From an uncultured Actinomycetes bacterium (GTDB lineage: Bacteria; Actinomycetota; Thermoleophilia; UBA2241): a stretch of DNA of 64,000 nt. The stretch spans positions 28,902-92,901 of the forward strand of contig CAVVVA010000013.1 in assembly GCA_963751565.1 (NCBI GenBank), written 5' to 3'. This document shows positions 8,917 to 18,132 of this stretch, piece after piece (position 1 is the stretch's first letter; each line of letters begins with the position of its first letter). The translations under genes and the position numbers were made by a program. The notes beneath the pieces were generated by a model that saw only the letters and a list, made by a program, of their open reading frames with translations, was not told the DNA's origin and ran no database searches.

Positions 8917-10218
8917 ATGATCGACCGCTACACGCTGCCCGAGATGGGCGCCATCTGGACCGAGCAGGCCAAGCTGCAGGCCTGGCTCGACGTCGAGCTC
9001 GCGGCGGTGCGCGCCTGGAACCGGCTCGGCAAGGTCCCCGACGCCGCCGTGGCCGAGATCGAGGCCAGGGCCGGCTTCGACGCCGCCCGCGTGGCCGAGA
9101 TCGAGGAGACCACCAACCACGACGTGATCGCCTTTCTCACCGACCTCGCCGAGCACGTCGGCGACGCCTCGAAGTACATCCACTATGGGATGACGAGCTC
9201 CGACGTGCTCGACACCGGTCTGGCGCTGCAGATCAAGCGCTCCGGCGAGCTGCTGCAGCGCGACCTCGTCGCGCTCGGCACTGTGCTCAAGCGACGCGCC
9301 TTCGAGTTTCGCGACACGGTTCAGGTCGGCCGCACCCACGGCATCCACGCCGAGCCCATCACGTTCGGCATGAAGCTGGGGATGTGGGCCTTCGAGGTGG
9401 CCCGCCACCTCGACCGCCTGCGGCGCGTGACCGACGGCGCCGCCGTGGGCAAGCTGAGCGGCGCCGTCGGCGCCTACAACAACATCGACCCGAGGGTCGA
9501 GGAGCTCGTCTGCGCCGAGCTCGGCCTCGGCTGCGAGCCGATCGCCAACCAGGTCGTGCAGCGCGACCGCCACGCCGCCTTCCTCTCCGTCCTGGCGATC
9601 GTCGGCTCCTCTCTCGAGAAGTTCACAGTCGAGGTGCGCCACCTGCAGCGCACCGAGGTGCGCGAGGCCGAGGAGGCCTTCGGCAAGGGCCAGAAGGGCT
9701 CCTCGGCGATGCCCCACAAGCGCAATCCGATCCTCTCTGAGCGCATGGCCGGCTGCGCGCGCGTGCTGCGTGGCAACGCTCTCGTGGGCATGGAGAACAT
9801 GGCGCTCTGGCACGAGCGCGACATCTCGCACAGCTCGGCGGAGCGCATCGTGTTCCCCGATTCGTGCATTCTGCTCGACTACATGCTGCAGAAGTCGACC
9901 GGGCTCTTCGACGGGCTGGTCGTCGACGAAGCGCGCATGCTGGCCAACCTCTCGCTGTCGCAGCGCCTCGTCTTCAGCGGCGCCGTGCTCCTCGCGCTGG
10001 TCGACCACGGCATGCTGCGCGACGACGCCTACCGGGTGGTGCAGGACGCGGCCATGCGGGCCTGGCGCGAGGGCGTCGACTTTGGCCGGCTGATCAAGGA
10101 CGACCCCGAGGCGGCGGCCGTGCTGTCGCCCGCCGAGATCGACGCGGCCATGGACCCCGACCAGTACCGGGCCGGCCGCGAGATCATCTTCGGACGCCTC
10201 GAGCGCCTCACGTTCTGA
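8917..10218 (+). CDS. purB: adenylosuccinate lyase
   Basis: 'MIDRYTLPEM..IW', 'HYGMTSSDV.DT', 'GRTHG..AEP.TFG' and 'GSSAMPHKRNP' (fumarate-lyase signature). 433 aa. Confidence 0.95.
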   Translation: MIDRYTLPEMGAIWTEQAKLQAWLDVELAAVRAWNRLGKVPDAAVAEIEARAGFDAARVAEIEETTNHDVIAFLTDLAEHVGDASKYIHYGMTSSDVLDTGLALQIKRSGELLQRDLVALGTVLKRRAFEFRDTVQVGRTHGIHAEPITFGMKLGMWAFEVARHLDRLRRVTDGAAVGKLSGAVGAYNNIDPRVEELVCAELGLGCEPIANQVVQRDRHAAFLSVLAIVGSSLEKFTVEVRHLQRTEVREAEEAFGKGQKGSSAMPHKRNPILSERMAGCARVLRGNALVGMENMALWHERDISHSSAERIVFPDSCILLDYMLQKSTGLFDGLVVDEARMLANLSLSQRLVFSGAVLLALVDHGMLRDDAYRVVQDAAMRAWREGVDFGRLIKDDPEAAAVLSPAEIDAAMDPDQYRAGREIIFGRLERLTF

Positions 10219-10320
10219 CGGGCGCCGTCGGCGACGGCCCCGCGGGCGGCCCTGCGCCCCGCACGGTCGCGCGGCTGCCGCCTCTCACCCGCCAGAGCTC
10301 ACGGCCGCCAGCCGTGTCGG

Positions 10321-10506
10321 CTACTCGTCCTCGTCGTCGTCGAGCGGCTCGAACATGTCGAGGCCGGCGCCGCAGTCGGGGCAGGTCCAGTCGCCGGGCA
10401 GGTCCTCGAAGGCCGTGCCCGGCTCGACGCCGTTGTCGGGATCGCCGATCTCGGGGTCGTAGACCCAGTCGCACAGCGTGCACACGTACTTCTGCATGAG
10501 CTCCAC
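10321..10506 (-). CDS. rubredoxin
   Basis: '[41 protein letters not shown]' carries the two CxxC knuckles of rubredoxin. The true start may be the internal Met at 10497. It has an acidic C-terminal tail. Confidence 0.85.
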   Translation of the reverse strand: MELMQKYVCTLCDWVYDPEIGDPDNGVEPGTAFEDLPGDWTCPDCGAGLDMFEPLDDDEDE

Positions 10507-10591
10507 TCCTTCGCGGGGACCGTGGGGACCGTCTTGCGATGCGCTGCGCCGTCGATTCTAGTACAGCCGCCGGCGGGTCCGCCCGTCAAGG

Positions 10592-11305
10592 CTACTGGTT
10601 CTCGAGCAGCTCCTCGGCGGGCACGTCGCGCACGACGCGGGCCGGCACACCCATGAGCACCTTGCGGGCCGGCGCGTCCCTGGTGACCACCGCGCCCGCC
10701 GCGACGAACGCCTCCTCGCCGACCTCGATGCCGGGGCAGAGCACGACACCGCCGCCGACCCGTGCCCCGCGGCGGATGGTGGCGCCCCTGATCAGCCCGT
10801 GACGCTTCTCGGTGCGGCCCATGAAGTTGTCGTTGGTGGTCTGTACGCAGGGCGCGATGAAGACGTGGTCTTCGATCGTCATGTAGGCGGTGATGTAGGC
10901 GTTCGACTGGATCTTCGTGAAGTCGCCGATCGTGGTGTCGTTCTCGACGCACGTACCGCGCCCCACGACGACGCGCTGCCCCAGCACGCAGCGCTCGCGC
11001 ACGCTGGCCAGGTCGCCGACGACGCACCCCGGCCCCATCGTCACGCCACGGTAGACGATCGCCCCGCTCGAGACCACGCAACCGGAGGCGAGGCGCAGCG
11101 GCGGCAGCTCGCCGCGCGCGGCGGTCGACGACGGCGAGAGCGAGGGCGCCTTGCCCAGCACCACGCCGTCCTGGATGAAGCAGCCGTCGCCGATCTCGGT
11201 GTCGTCGTGAACGACCACGTTGGCGCCGAAGATCACGCCGGCGCCGATGCTCACGTTGGCGCCCAGGAGCAGGTGGTGAGCGAGCTCTGACGGATGCAGG
11301 GCCAC
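10592..11305 (-). CDS. left-handed beta-helix (hexapeptide-repeat) sugar N-acetyl/acyltransferase, WbpD-like
   Basis: Repeated [LIV]-G-x-x-x-x hexapeptides run throughout ('IGAGVIFGANVVV', 'IGDGCFIQDGVVLG', 'IRRGARVGGGVVLCPGIEVGEEAFVAAGAVV'). It sits in an operon with sugar-nucleotide enzymes. Confidence 0.75.
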   Translation of the reverse strand: MALHPSELAHHLLLGANVSIGAGVIFGANVVVHDDTEIGDGCFIQDGVVLGKAPSLSPSSTAARGELPPLRLASGCVVSSGAIVYRGVTMGPGCVVGDLASVRERCVLGQRVVVGRGTCVENDTTIGDFTKIQSNAYITAYMTIEDHVFIAPCVQTTNDNFMGRTEKRHGLIRGATIRRGARVGGGVVLCPGIEVGEEAFVAAGAVVTRDAPARKVLMGVPARVVRDVPAEELLENQ

Positions 11306-11309
11306 GACG

Positions 11310-12341
11310 CTACCCGACCGTGAGGTCGGCGGTCTTCACGGGCTGGCCGCCGTGGCGCAGCGAGCGTTCCATCGCCTCGAGCACGCGCACGACGTTCAAG
11401 CCGTCGCGCCCGTCCGACAGCGGCCGGCGATTGTCGCGCACGCACTCGACGAAGTGCTCGATCTCGAGCTTGAGCGGTTCGTCGTTGGCGATGCGCGGAA
11501 TGTGGATGTCGCCGAAACGCAGCGTGACGTACTCGCCGTAGGACTGGTACCGCGGCACCACCGCGGCCTTGTCGTAGACGGTGACCTTGCGGTCGGCGTC
11601 CATGTCGTCGAAGACGGCCATCTTGTCGGAGCCGACCACCGTGATCTTGCGGGTCTTGTGGGGATCGAGCCAGCTCACGTGCAGGTGGCCGGTCATGCCC
11701 GACGGGTAGCGGATGTAGCCGAACACGACGTCCTCGACGCCCGGCTGCAGGTAGCACTCGCCCCGCGCCGAGACCTCCTCGGGTTCCTCGCCGGTGAGGT
11801 AGTTGATGACCGAGATGTCGTGCGGCCCAAGGCTCCACAGGGCGTTCTCGTCGGGTCGCACCTTGCCCAGGTTCAGACGGTTCGAGTACACGTAGAAGAT
11901 GTGTCCGAGCTCGCCGTCGTCGAGCAGCTCCTTGACCTTGCGCACGGCGGGGTGGTACTCGAGCAGGTGGCCGACCATGAGCTGCTTGCCATGCGCTTCG
12001 GCCAGGTGCACGAGGTCTTCGGCGTCGCGGGCTCTGACCGCCATGGGCTTTTCGATGAAGGCGTGCTTGCCGGCCTCGAGAACGCGCTTGCCGAGGGCGT
12101 AGTGAGTGGGCACCGACGTGGCCACGATGACGGCCTCGACCGTCGGGTCGGCCAGGACCTGGTCGAGGTCGGCGGTGGCCGTCGCGTCGGGGAACTGGAC
12201 GCTCATGCGGGCGAGGATCTTCTCGTCGAGATCGCAGCACCAGGCGAGCTCCGCGCCGGGCAGCCGGTCGACGTTGCGCGCCAGGTTCGGACCCCAGTAG
12301 TTGAGGCCCACGACGCCGATACGGATGGGGTCAACGCTCAC
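11310..12341 (-). CDS. Gfo/Idh/MocA-family NAD-dependent oxidoreductase, WbpB-like
   Basis: N-terminal Rossmann motif 'IRIGVVGLNYWGPNLARN' and 'EKPMA' motif. 343 aa. Confidence 0.8.
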   Translation of the reverse strand: MSVDPIRIGVVGLNYWGPNLARNVDRLPGAELAWCCDLDEKILARMSVQFPDATATADLDQVLADPTVEAVIVATSVPTHYALGKRVLEAGKHAFIEKPMAVRARDAEDLVHLAEAHGKQLMVGHLLEYHPAVRKVKELLDDGELGHIFYVYSNRLNLGKVRPDENALWSLGPHDISVINYLTGEEPEEVSARGECYLQPGVEDVVFGYIRYPSGMTGHLHVSWLDPHKTRKITVVGSDKMAVFDDMDADRKVTVYDKAAVVPRYQSYGEYVTLRFGDIHIPRIANDEPLKLEIEHFVECVRDNRRPLSDGRDGLNVVRVLEAMERSLRHGGQPVKTADLTVG

Positions 12342-12392
12342 GGAACGTCATCCTTCCTCGAGGAGAGGAGGCGGCGGCCTGCGGCCGCCGCC

Positions 12393-13700
12393 TCAAAGCT
12401 TCCAGACCTTGCCGCCGCCGTCGAGGCCGGCGGTGGCGTTGCGCAGGTCGACCACGAGCTGCGCCTTGGCGACGACGTCGGCGTAGTCGATGGCGGAGTG
12501 GGCCGTCACCACGATCACCACGTCGTAGGCGCTGATGCCGGCGCCCTTGCTCAGGTCGATCGAGTGCATGCGCAGGGCCGGCAGCTCGGCCACGAACGGA
12601 TCGTGATAGTCGACCGCCATGCCCTGCCTGTCGAGCTGACGGATGATCTTCAGGGCCGGCGACTCGCGCAGGTCGTCGATGTCGGCCTTGTAGGCCACGC
12701 CCATCACGAGCGCCTTCGCGCCCTGCAGCGCCTTGCCGTGCGAGTTCAGCGCCCGCGTGACCTTGGTGACGCAGAAGTACGGCATGTTCTCGTTGACCTT
12801 GCCGGCCAGCTCGATGAACTCGGTCCAGAAGTCGACCTCGCGCGCCTTCCACGACAGGTAGAAGGGATCGACCGGGATGCAGTGGCCGCCAAGACCGGGT
12901 CCCGGCAGGAACTTCATGAAGCCGAACGGCTTGCTGGCGGCCGCCTCGATGACCTCCCAGATGTCGATCCCCAGGCGGTCGCACAGCATGGCGAGCTCGT
13001 TGACCAGGGCGATGTTGACGCTGCGGAAGATGTTTTCGAGCAGCTTCGTCATCTCGGCCACTTCGGGCGTGGTGACCGGCACGAGACAGTCGATCGCCCG
13101 GCCGTAGACCTCGAGCACCTTCGCCGTGCAGGCCGGCGTCAGGCCGCCGACGACCTTGGGCGTCGACCTGGTCGTGTAGTCGGTGCGCCCGGGGTCGACT
13201 CGTTCCGGCGAAAAGGCGAGGTGGAAGTCGACGCCGGCGGTGAGCCCCGACCCCTGCTCGAGGAGCGGCGCGAGCTCCTCGCGGGTCGTGCCGGGGTAGG
13301 TCGTGCTCTCGAGGCACACCAGCTGGCCGGGGCGCACGTAGCCGGCGAGCGTGGCGGTAGCCTCCTTGACGAGCGTCAGGTCGGGTTCGCGGTTGGCGTT
13401 CAGCGGCGTCGGCAGACAGATGATGTCGGCGTCGCAGCTCTCGGTGGCGCTGTAGTCGGTCGTGGCCGTGAGGAGGTCCTTGTCGACCACCGCCTTGAGC
13501 GCCTCGTCTGTGACGTCGCCGATATACGAGGTGCCGGTGTTTATGGCGTGGCAGCGTTCGGGGTCGGCCTCGATGCCGACGACCTCGACGCCCGCCTCGG
13601 CGAACGTCACCGCAAGTGGCAGGCCAACGTATCCCATGCCGATGACTGCGATCTTCACTGTCAGCTCCCGTTCGTGGTGCCCGTCGGGGATGCCGGTCAC
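12393..13700 (-). CDS. UDP-N-acetyl-D-glucosamine/mannosamine 6-dehydrogenase family (WbpA/WecC-like nucleotide-sugar dehydrogenase)
   Basis: 'KIAVIGMGYVGLPLAV', 'GGHCIPVDP' (catalytic Cys) and the C-terminal UDPG_MGDP_dh domain pattern. 435 aa. Confidence 0.9.
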   Translation of the reverse strand: MTGIPDGHHERELTVKIAVIGMGYVGLPLAVTFAEAGVEVVGIEADPERCHAINTGTSYIGDVTDEALKAVVDKDLLTATTDYSATESCDADIICLPTPLNANREPDLTLVKEATATLAGYVRPGQLVCLESTTYPGTTREELAPLLEQGSGLTAGVDFHLAFSPERVDPGRTDYTTRSTPKVVGGLTPACTAKVLEVYGRAIDCLVPVTTPEVAEMTKLLENIFRSVNIALVNELAMLCDRLGIDIWEVIEAAASKPFGFMKFLPGPGLGGHCIPVDPFYLSWKAREVDFWTEFIELAGKVNENMPYFCVTKVTRALNSHGKALQGAKALVMGVAYKADIDDLRESPALKIIRQLDRQGMAVDYHDPFVAELPALRMHSIDLSKGAGISAYDVVIVVTAHSAIDYADVVAKAQLVVDLRNATAGLDGGGKVWKL

Positions 13701-13832
13701 CGCTGCGACCGAGCTACAGATTGTATCGCATCGGCCTGGCCCGGCCGAAGCGCCCGGCCGGCGCGCCCGACAGTTCCGACGGGCGCCGACCGTCTCGACG
13801 CAGCCGCCCGGGCGCTCCCCCGCGGGCCGCGG

Positions 13833-14930
13833 TCAGCCCAACGTGAACAGACGCCTCTCGTTCTCGCAGGGCGGCCCCGCGCACACCTCGACGGTGAGCT
13901 CCTGCGGGTCCCAGATCATGCTCGCCGTCGTCATGTCGCGCTCGCCCAGCGGCACGGACAGGTCGGGGTGCCCGCAGATCGACATCGCGTCGGCGTCGCC
14001 GTCGTGGTCGCTCAGAATGGTCTGCAGCAGCTCGCGGGGGTCGTCGCCTTGCGCGAGGCCCTGGTCGAGCAGGGCCGCCGCCCGGGCCAGCCGCCGGCGG
14101 GTGCCCGTGGAGGTCGACAGGTCGTAGCCGGTCATCGCGGGATCGACGAAGTGGTTGGTGTGCACCAGCCGGTCGCCGCCCTCGATGAGCGCCGCGCTGG
14201 TGGCCGATGTCTCGACGTCGAGCAGCGCGCCCGACGCGTCGACGAACAGGTGGTTGGAGCCGCGGGCGCGGGTCGGCAGGAGGCAGCGCTCGCGAGCGTC
14301 GGCGAGCGACCGCGACTCGAGCAGGTGGCGGCGGATGAAGTTGTTGGGCACGCCGACGCGCTGGTCGTTCGCGTACACGGTGTTGCCACCGGTGGCAACG
14401 CCGTGCGAGTTGATGCCGGTCGGCGGCAGCAGACAGGCGGAGGTCATGGCAAGGATCCGCGTGCCGTCGTCGGTGGTGATGCGCAGCAGCACGTTCTTGT
14501 CGACGTCGCCCGCCCACCAGTCCTCGTTGTGGCCGAGCAGACAGCGCCCCCCGGCGCGCACGGCCACCGTCGTGCAATGCCCGGTGTGGGCGAACCGCGG
14601 CAGCTGCGTCGGCAGGTCGGTGGCCGGGTCTGAATTGCAGGTGAGCTCCTCGCCCAGATTGGGCACGAGCAGCCTGCCGAGCGGCACGTCGGCGCCCTCG
14701 GCCATGCCCTCGAGCTCCGCGACGACGCCCGGCAGCGCCCGGCGGGCCGGCGCCAGGTAGGCCAGGCATTCCTCCTGGGCCGCGGCGAAGCTCGGGCCGC
14801 CCATCGCTTCGTGATGCTCCTCGTAGTAGGCGATGCCGGCCACGATGAGGTGGCGCGCCGCCTCGCCGATCTGACGGCCGATCTCGCGGTGGCCGCCGCG
14901 CGCTTCGATCTCGAGGTAAGGAATGCTCAA
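13833..14930 (-). CDS. peptidase C45 / acyl-CoA:6-aminopenicillanic-acid acyltransferase-like Ntn hydrolase
   Basis: 365-aa ORF with a TTG start. N-terminus 'YLEIEARGGHREIGRQIGEA', an internal 'HCTTVAV' (candidate Ntn nucleophile Cys) and 'GHNEDW', as in the C45 family. Confidence 0.65.
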   Translation of the reverse strand: MSIPYLEIEARGGHREIGRQIGEAARHLIVAGIAYYEEHHEAMGGPSFAAAQEECLAYLAPARRALPGVVAELEGMAEGADVPLGRLLVPNLGEELTCNSDPATDLPTQLPRFAHTGHCTTVAVRAGGRCLLGHNEDWWAGDVDKNVLLRITTDDGTRILAMTSACLLPPTGINSHGVATGGNTVYANDQRVGVPNNFIRRHLLESRSLADARERCLLPTRARGSNHLFVDASGALLDVETSATSAALIEGGDRLVHTNHFVDPAMTGYDLSTSTGTRRRLARAAALLDQGLAQGDDPRELLQTILSDHDGDADAMSICGHPDLSVPLGERDMTTASMIWDPQELTVEVCAGPPCENERRLFTLG

Positions 14931-15000
14931 GGCCGGTCGTCCTTCGCAGCTTCAGGGGTCGTTCGCACGTAGTGCTTCGACATCTCGTCGCGGCGCCCCT

Positions 15001-16089
15001 TCACCGGCCACGATCGGATCCGAGGAACGCGCCCAGGGCGGCCGCGAGACGCTCGCCGGCGTCGCCCCGGCCGTAGAAGGCGGGGTGCCGCGCCCCCCGC
15101 GGCGGGCGGGCCAGGGCCGCGGCGAGCGCCTCGCGGTCGGTGCCGACCAGCACGTTCCAGCCGCTCTCGATGGTCTCGACCCACTCGCTCGAGTCGCGCA
15201 TGGTCACGCACGGCACTCTGAAGAAGTAGGCCTCTTTTTGCAGGCCGCCAGAGTCGGTGGCCACCACGCGGGCGTTCTTGGCCAGCGCCAGCGACTCGGC
15301 ATAGCCGACCGGCCCGGACAGCCTGATGTTGGGCGTGACGAGCCCGGCCAGGCCGAATCGTTCGATGCTCGCCGCCGTGCGCGGGTGGGCCGGGAAGATC
15401 ACCGTCTCGGGCAAGGCGCCGAGGGCCGCAAGGACGGCCTCGAGGTGCGCCGGCTCGTCGGTGGTCGCCGGCCGGTGCGCGGTGGCCAGCACGTAGCCAC
15501 CGGGGCGCACGCCGAAACTCTCGAGAACCGTCTCCTCGCGTGCGGGCGAGAGCGTCGTCATGGCGAGGTCGAACATGACGTCGCCGGTCTGCACGACGCC
15601 CGCGACGATGCCCTCGCGACCCAGGTTGGCCACGGCGGTGTCGGTGGGGCAGAAGAGCAGGCTCGACAGGTGATCGGTCAGCACGCGGTTGATCTCTTCG
15701 GGCATGCGACGGTCGAACGAGCGCAGGCCCGCTTCGACGTGGGCGATGGGCACGCCCGACTGGGCCGCGGCGAGCGCTCCGGAGAAGGTCGAGTTCGTGT
15801 CGCCGTAGACCAGCACGACCCGGGGGTGCACTTCGGCGATGGCGGCGGCGACGCCCGTCAGCATCGCCGCGGTCTGGCGGGCGTGGCTGTCGGAGCCGAC
15901 GCCGAGCTCGATGTCGGGCCGCGGCAGGTCGAGCTCGTCGAAGAAGACGCCGGCGAGCTCGCGATCGTAGTGCTGGCCGGTGTCGAGCAGCACTTCGCGC
16001 GCCACCGCGCGCACCGAGCGCGACACGATCGCCGCCTTGATGTACTGCGGCCGGTTGCCGACCACCGAAAGGACGACCGGGAGATCCAT
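15001..16089 (-). CDS. UDP-N-acetylglucosamine 2-epimerase family (WecB/WbpI-like)
   Basis: 'VVGNRPQYIKAA', 'TGQHYD', 'VLVYGDTNST', 'AHVEAGLRSFDRRMPEEINR' and 'TDSGGLQKEA'. ATG at 16089. The ORF-track extension to 18141 is antisense to murT and spurious. Confidence 0.9.
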   Translation of the reverse strand: MDLPVVLSVVGNRPQYIKAAIVSRSVRAVAREVLLDTGQHYDRELAGVFFDELDLPRPDIELGVGSDSHARQTAAMLTGVAAAIAEVHPRVVLVYGDTNSTFSGALAAAQSGVPIAHVEAGLRSFDRRMPEEINRVLTDHLSSLLFCPTDTAVANLGREGIVAGVVQTGDVMFDLAMTTLSPAREETVLESFGVRPGGYVLATAHRPATTDEPAHLEAVLAALGALPETVIFPAHPRTAASIERFGLAGLVTPNIRLSGPVGYAESLALAKNARVVATDSGGLQKEAYFFRVPCVTMRDSSEWVETIESGWNVLVGTDREALAAALARPPRGARHPAFYGRGDAGERLAAALGAFLGSDRGR

Positions 16090-16164
16090 AAGGGGGAGTC
16101 TAACCGACGCGGCGTAACGCTGCCGCACGTCGCAGGGGAGCGACGCGTCACCGCCAAGCGGGGG

Positions 16165-16170
16165 TACAAT
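16165..16170 (+). promoter_or_regulatory. candidate -10 box TACAAT driving a leaderless GTG at 16177
   Basis: TACAAT at 16165-16170 lies 6 nt upstream of the GTG that opens the 16177 ORF. No Shine-Dalgarno sequence is present. Confidence 0.3.
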
Positions 16171-16176
16171 CATATC

Positions 16177-16719
16177 GTGAGCGAACGTGCCGAACACGTC
16201 GTCGAAGGCCTGCCGCACGACCTCGACCGGTTCCTGCGCGACTTCTTTCCGCGCAAGCGCTGGCAGTCGCGCGTGCAATACGATCACCGCGCCCGGCGCT
16301 TCTTTTTGGACGTCATCGTGCGCGACAGCGGCCTTGCCGGCGACGACCGCTTTCTGTCGCTGATCGCCTTCTACGGGCGCGGGCAGCGCACGCTGATGCA
16401 GCAGAACCTCGGCCTCGAGTTGCAGTGCCGGCTGTTCTCGGACGAGGGCGCCGACCTGACTCCCCGGCTGCGCACCGCCGAGTCCAGCTACTTCGACAGC
16501 GGCGAGCGCAACTCGGCGATGAGCCGCAAGCTGGCCTGGCTGGGCTTTCGCCGCCGCCTGCTGCGCGATATCGCCCCCCGCACCGTCCTCTGGGCGGCGG
16601 TGATCGCGGGCCTCACGCTGGTCTTCCATTTCACCCTCTCGACGGCGCTGCTGCTGTGCATCGTCGCGCTCGTCGTGCAGGCGCTGCTCGGCACGTTCCT
16701 GTCGGGCCGCTCCACCTGA
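16177..16719 (+). CDS. hypothetical membrane protein (soluble N-domain plus two C-terminal TM helices)
   Basis: In-frame GTG at 16177 within ORF 14923..16719; everything upstream of it is antisense to wecB. The C-terminus 'VLWAAVIAGLTLVFHFTLSTALLLCIVALVVQALLGTFL' is hydrophobic. No family recognised. Confidence 0.45.
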   Translation: MSERAEHVVEGLPHDLDRFLRDFFPRKRWQSRVQYDHRARRFFLDVIVRDSGLAGDDRFLSLIAFYGRGQRTLMQQNLGLELQCRLFSDEGADLTPRLRTAESSYFDSGERNSAMSRKLAWLGFRRRLLRDIAPRTVLWAAVIAGLTLVFHFTLSTALLLCIVALVVQALLGTFLSGRST

Positions 16720-16788
16720 CGAGAGCTCCCGACGGCCGCACCGGCGGATCGGCCGGAAGGCGTCATCGCCCCGCAGGCATCGAGTAAG

Positions 16789-18132
16789 ATGATCGCCGAC
16801 ATGGAGCTGCTTCCCCGCCTCACCGCCCGCTGCGTCGCCACCGCCGTGCGTCTGAGCGGCGCCGGTCAGGCGAGCAGCATGCCGGGCAAGGTGGCCAACG
16901 CGCTGTTTCCCGGCTACCTCGCCGGCCACGCCCGCCGGCTCACCGAAGGGTACGCGGTCGTCACGGGCACGAACGGCAAGACGACGACCGCCAACATGGC
17001 GGCCCGCGTGCTCGCCGACGCCGGCCGCGACATCGTCCACAACAGCGAGGGCGCGAACCTGCTCTCGGGGATCGCCACCGCCTTCTCGCGGCGGCCGGCG
17101 GCGCGCTTCGCGCTGCTCGAGATCGACGAGGCGATCGTACCGACGGCTCTCGCGCGCCTGGCGGCGCCGCGGGCCGTCGTGCTCTCGAATCTGTTCCGCG
17201 ACCAGCTCGACCGTTACGGCGAGGTCGACCGTCTGGCCGCCGGCTGGCTCACCGCTCTGGGCCGCCTCACCTCGACGGTCCTGATCGCCAACGCCGACGA
17301 CCCCCTGGTGACCTGGGTCGCCCAGGAGTCGGGCTGCGAGACCGTCTTCTTCGGCGTCCAGGTGCGCGACGGCCACGCCGACCACGAGGTGAGCGACGTC
17401 ACGATCTGCCCGCGCTGCGCGACCATGCTCGACTACTCGTCGCGCTGGCTGTCGCAGCTCGGCGACTACCGCTGTCCCTCGTGCGGCTTCGCGCGGCCGC
17501 CACGCGACCTCGAGGCGCGCGGGGTGAGCACCGTCGAAGGGCACGCGGAGGCGTCGGTCACCGGCGTCGCCGCCGGCGAGCTCCGCCTCCGCGTGCCGGG
17601 CCTGCACAACGTCTACAACGCGCTCGGCGCGCTGGCTCTGACCCAGCGGCTCGGCGTAGACCCCGCGGACGCGCTCGGCTCGCTTGCCGCCTACCAGCCG
17701 GTCTTCGGCCGCTGGAGCCTCGTGCGGCGCGGCGACACCGCGGTGCAGGTGAACCTCGTCAAGAACCCCGCCGGCATGAACCAGACGCTGCGCGCCCTGC
17801 GCGAGGTGCCGGGCGAGAAGGCGCTGGTGTTCGTGTTGAACGACAACATCGCCGACGGACGCGACATCTCGTGGATCTGGGACGTCGACATGGAGGAGCT
17901 GCTGCCGGCGGCCGGCCTGGTCGTCACGAGCGGCACGCGCAAGCACGAGATGGCGCTGCGGCTGAGCTACGCCGGCGTGCCCGACGAGGCGCTCGCCAGC
18001 GTCGACTCCGTCGCCGCGGCGCTCCGCCTCGCCGCCGAGCGCCAGGCCCACAGCGTCTACCTGCTGCCCACCTACACGGCGCTCAAGGAGGTCCGCGGCG
18101 TCCTCGCGGACTGGGAGGCGGTCCGCCAGTGA
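16789..18132 (+). CDS. murT: lipid II isoglutaminyl synthase, Mur-ligase-like subunit MurT
   Basis: 'VVTGTNGKTTT' P-loop, a four-Cys ribbon 'CPRCATMLDY...YRCPSCGF', and a C-terminal DUF1727-like region. It is followed by a coupled gatD. An alternative start is ATG 16801. Confidence 0.85.
   Translation: MIADMELLPRLTARCVATAVRLSGAGQASSMPGKVANALFPGYLAGHARRLTEGYAVVTGTNGKTTTANMAARVLADAGRDIVHNSEGANLLSGIATAFSRRPAARFALLEIDEAIVPTALARLAAPRAVVLSNLFRDQLDRYGEVDRLAAGWLTALGRLTSTVLIANADDPLVTWVAQESGCETVFFGVQVRDGHADHEVSDVTICPRCATMLDYSSRWLSQLGDYRCPSCGFARPPRDLEARGVSTVEGHAEASVTGVAAGELRLRVPGLHNVYNALGALALTQRLGVDPADALGSLAAYQPVFGRWSLVRRGDTAVQVNLVKNPAGMNQTLRALREVPGEKALVFVLNDNIADGRDISWIWDVDMEELLPAAGLVVTSGTRKHEMALRLSYAGVPDEALASVDSVAAALRLAAERQAHSVYLLPTYTALKEVRGVLADWEAVRQ

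Noticed and set aside
11352-14633. Very long ORFs in the six-frame track: the 1093-aa ORF at 11352..14633 (+), the 1046-aa extension of 15001..18141 (-), the 1344-aa 30771..34805 (+), the 854-aa 3015..5579 (+), and many 200-650-aa Arg/Ala/Gly/Pro-rich ORFs
   Set aside because: They run antisense or out of frame to genes with unmistakable family motifs. They have Arg/Pro/Gly/Ala-dominated composition with no recognisable motifs, as expected from stop-codon-poor high-G+C DNA. Only the motif-bearing portions were annotated.
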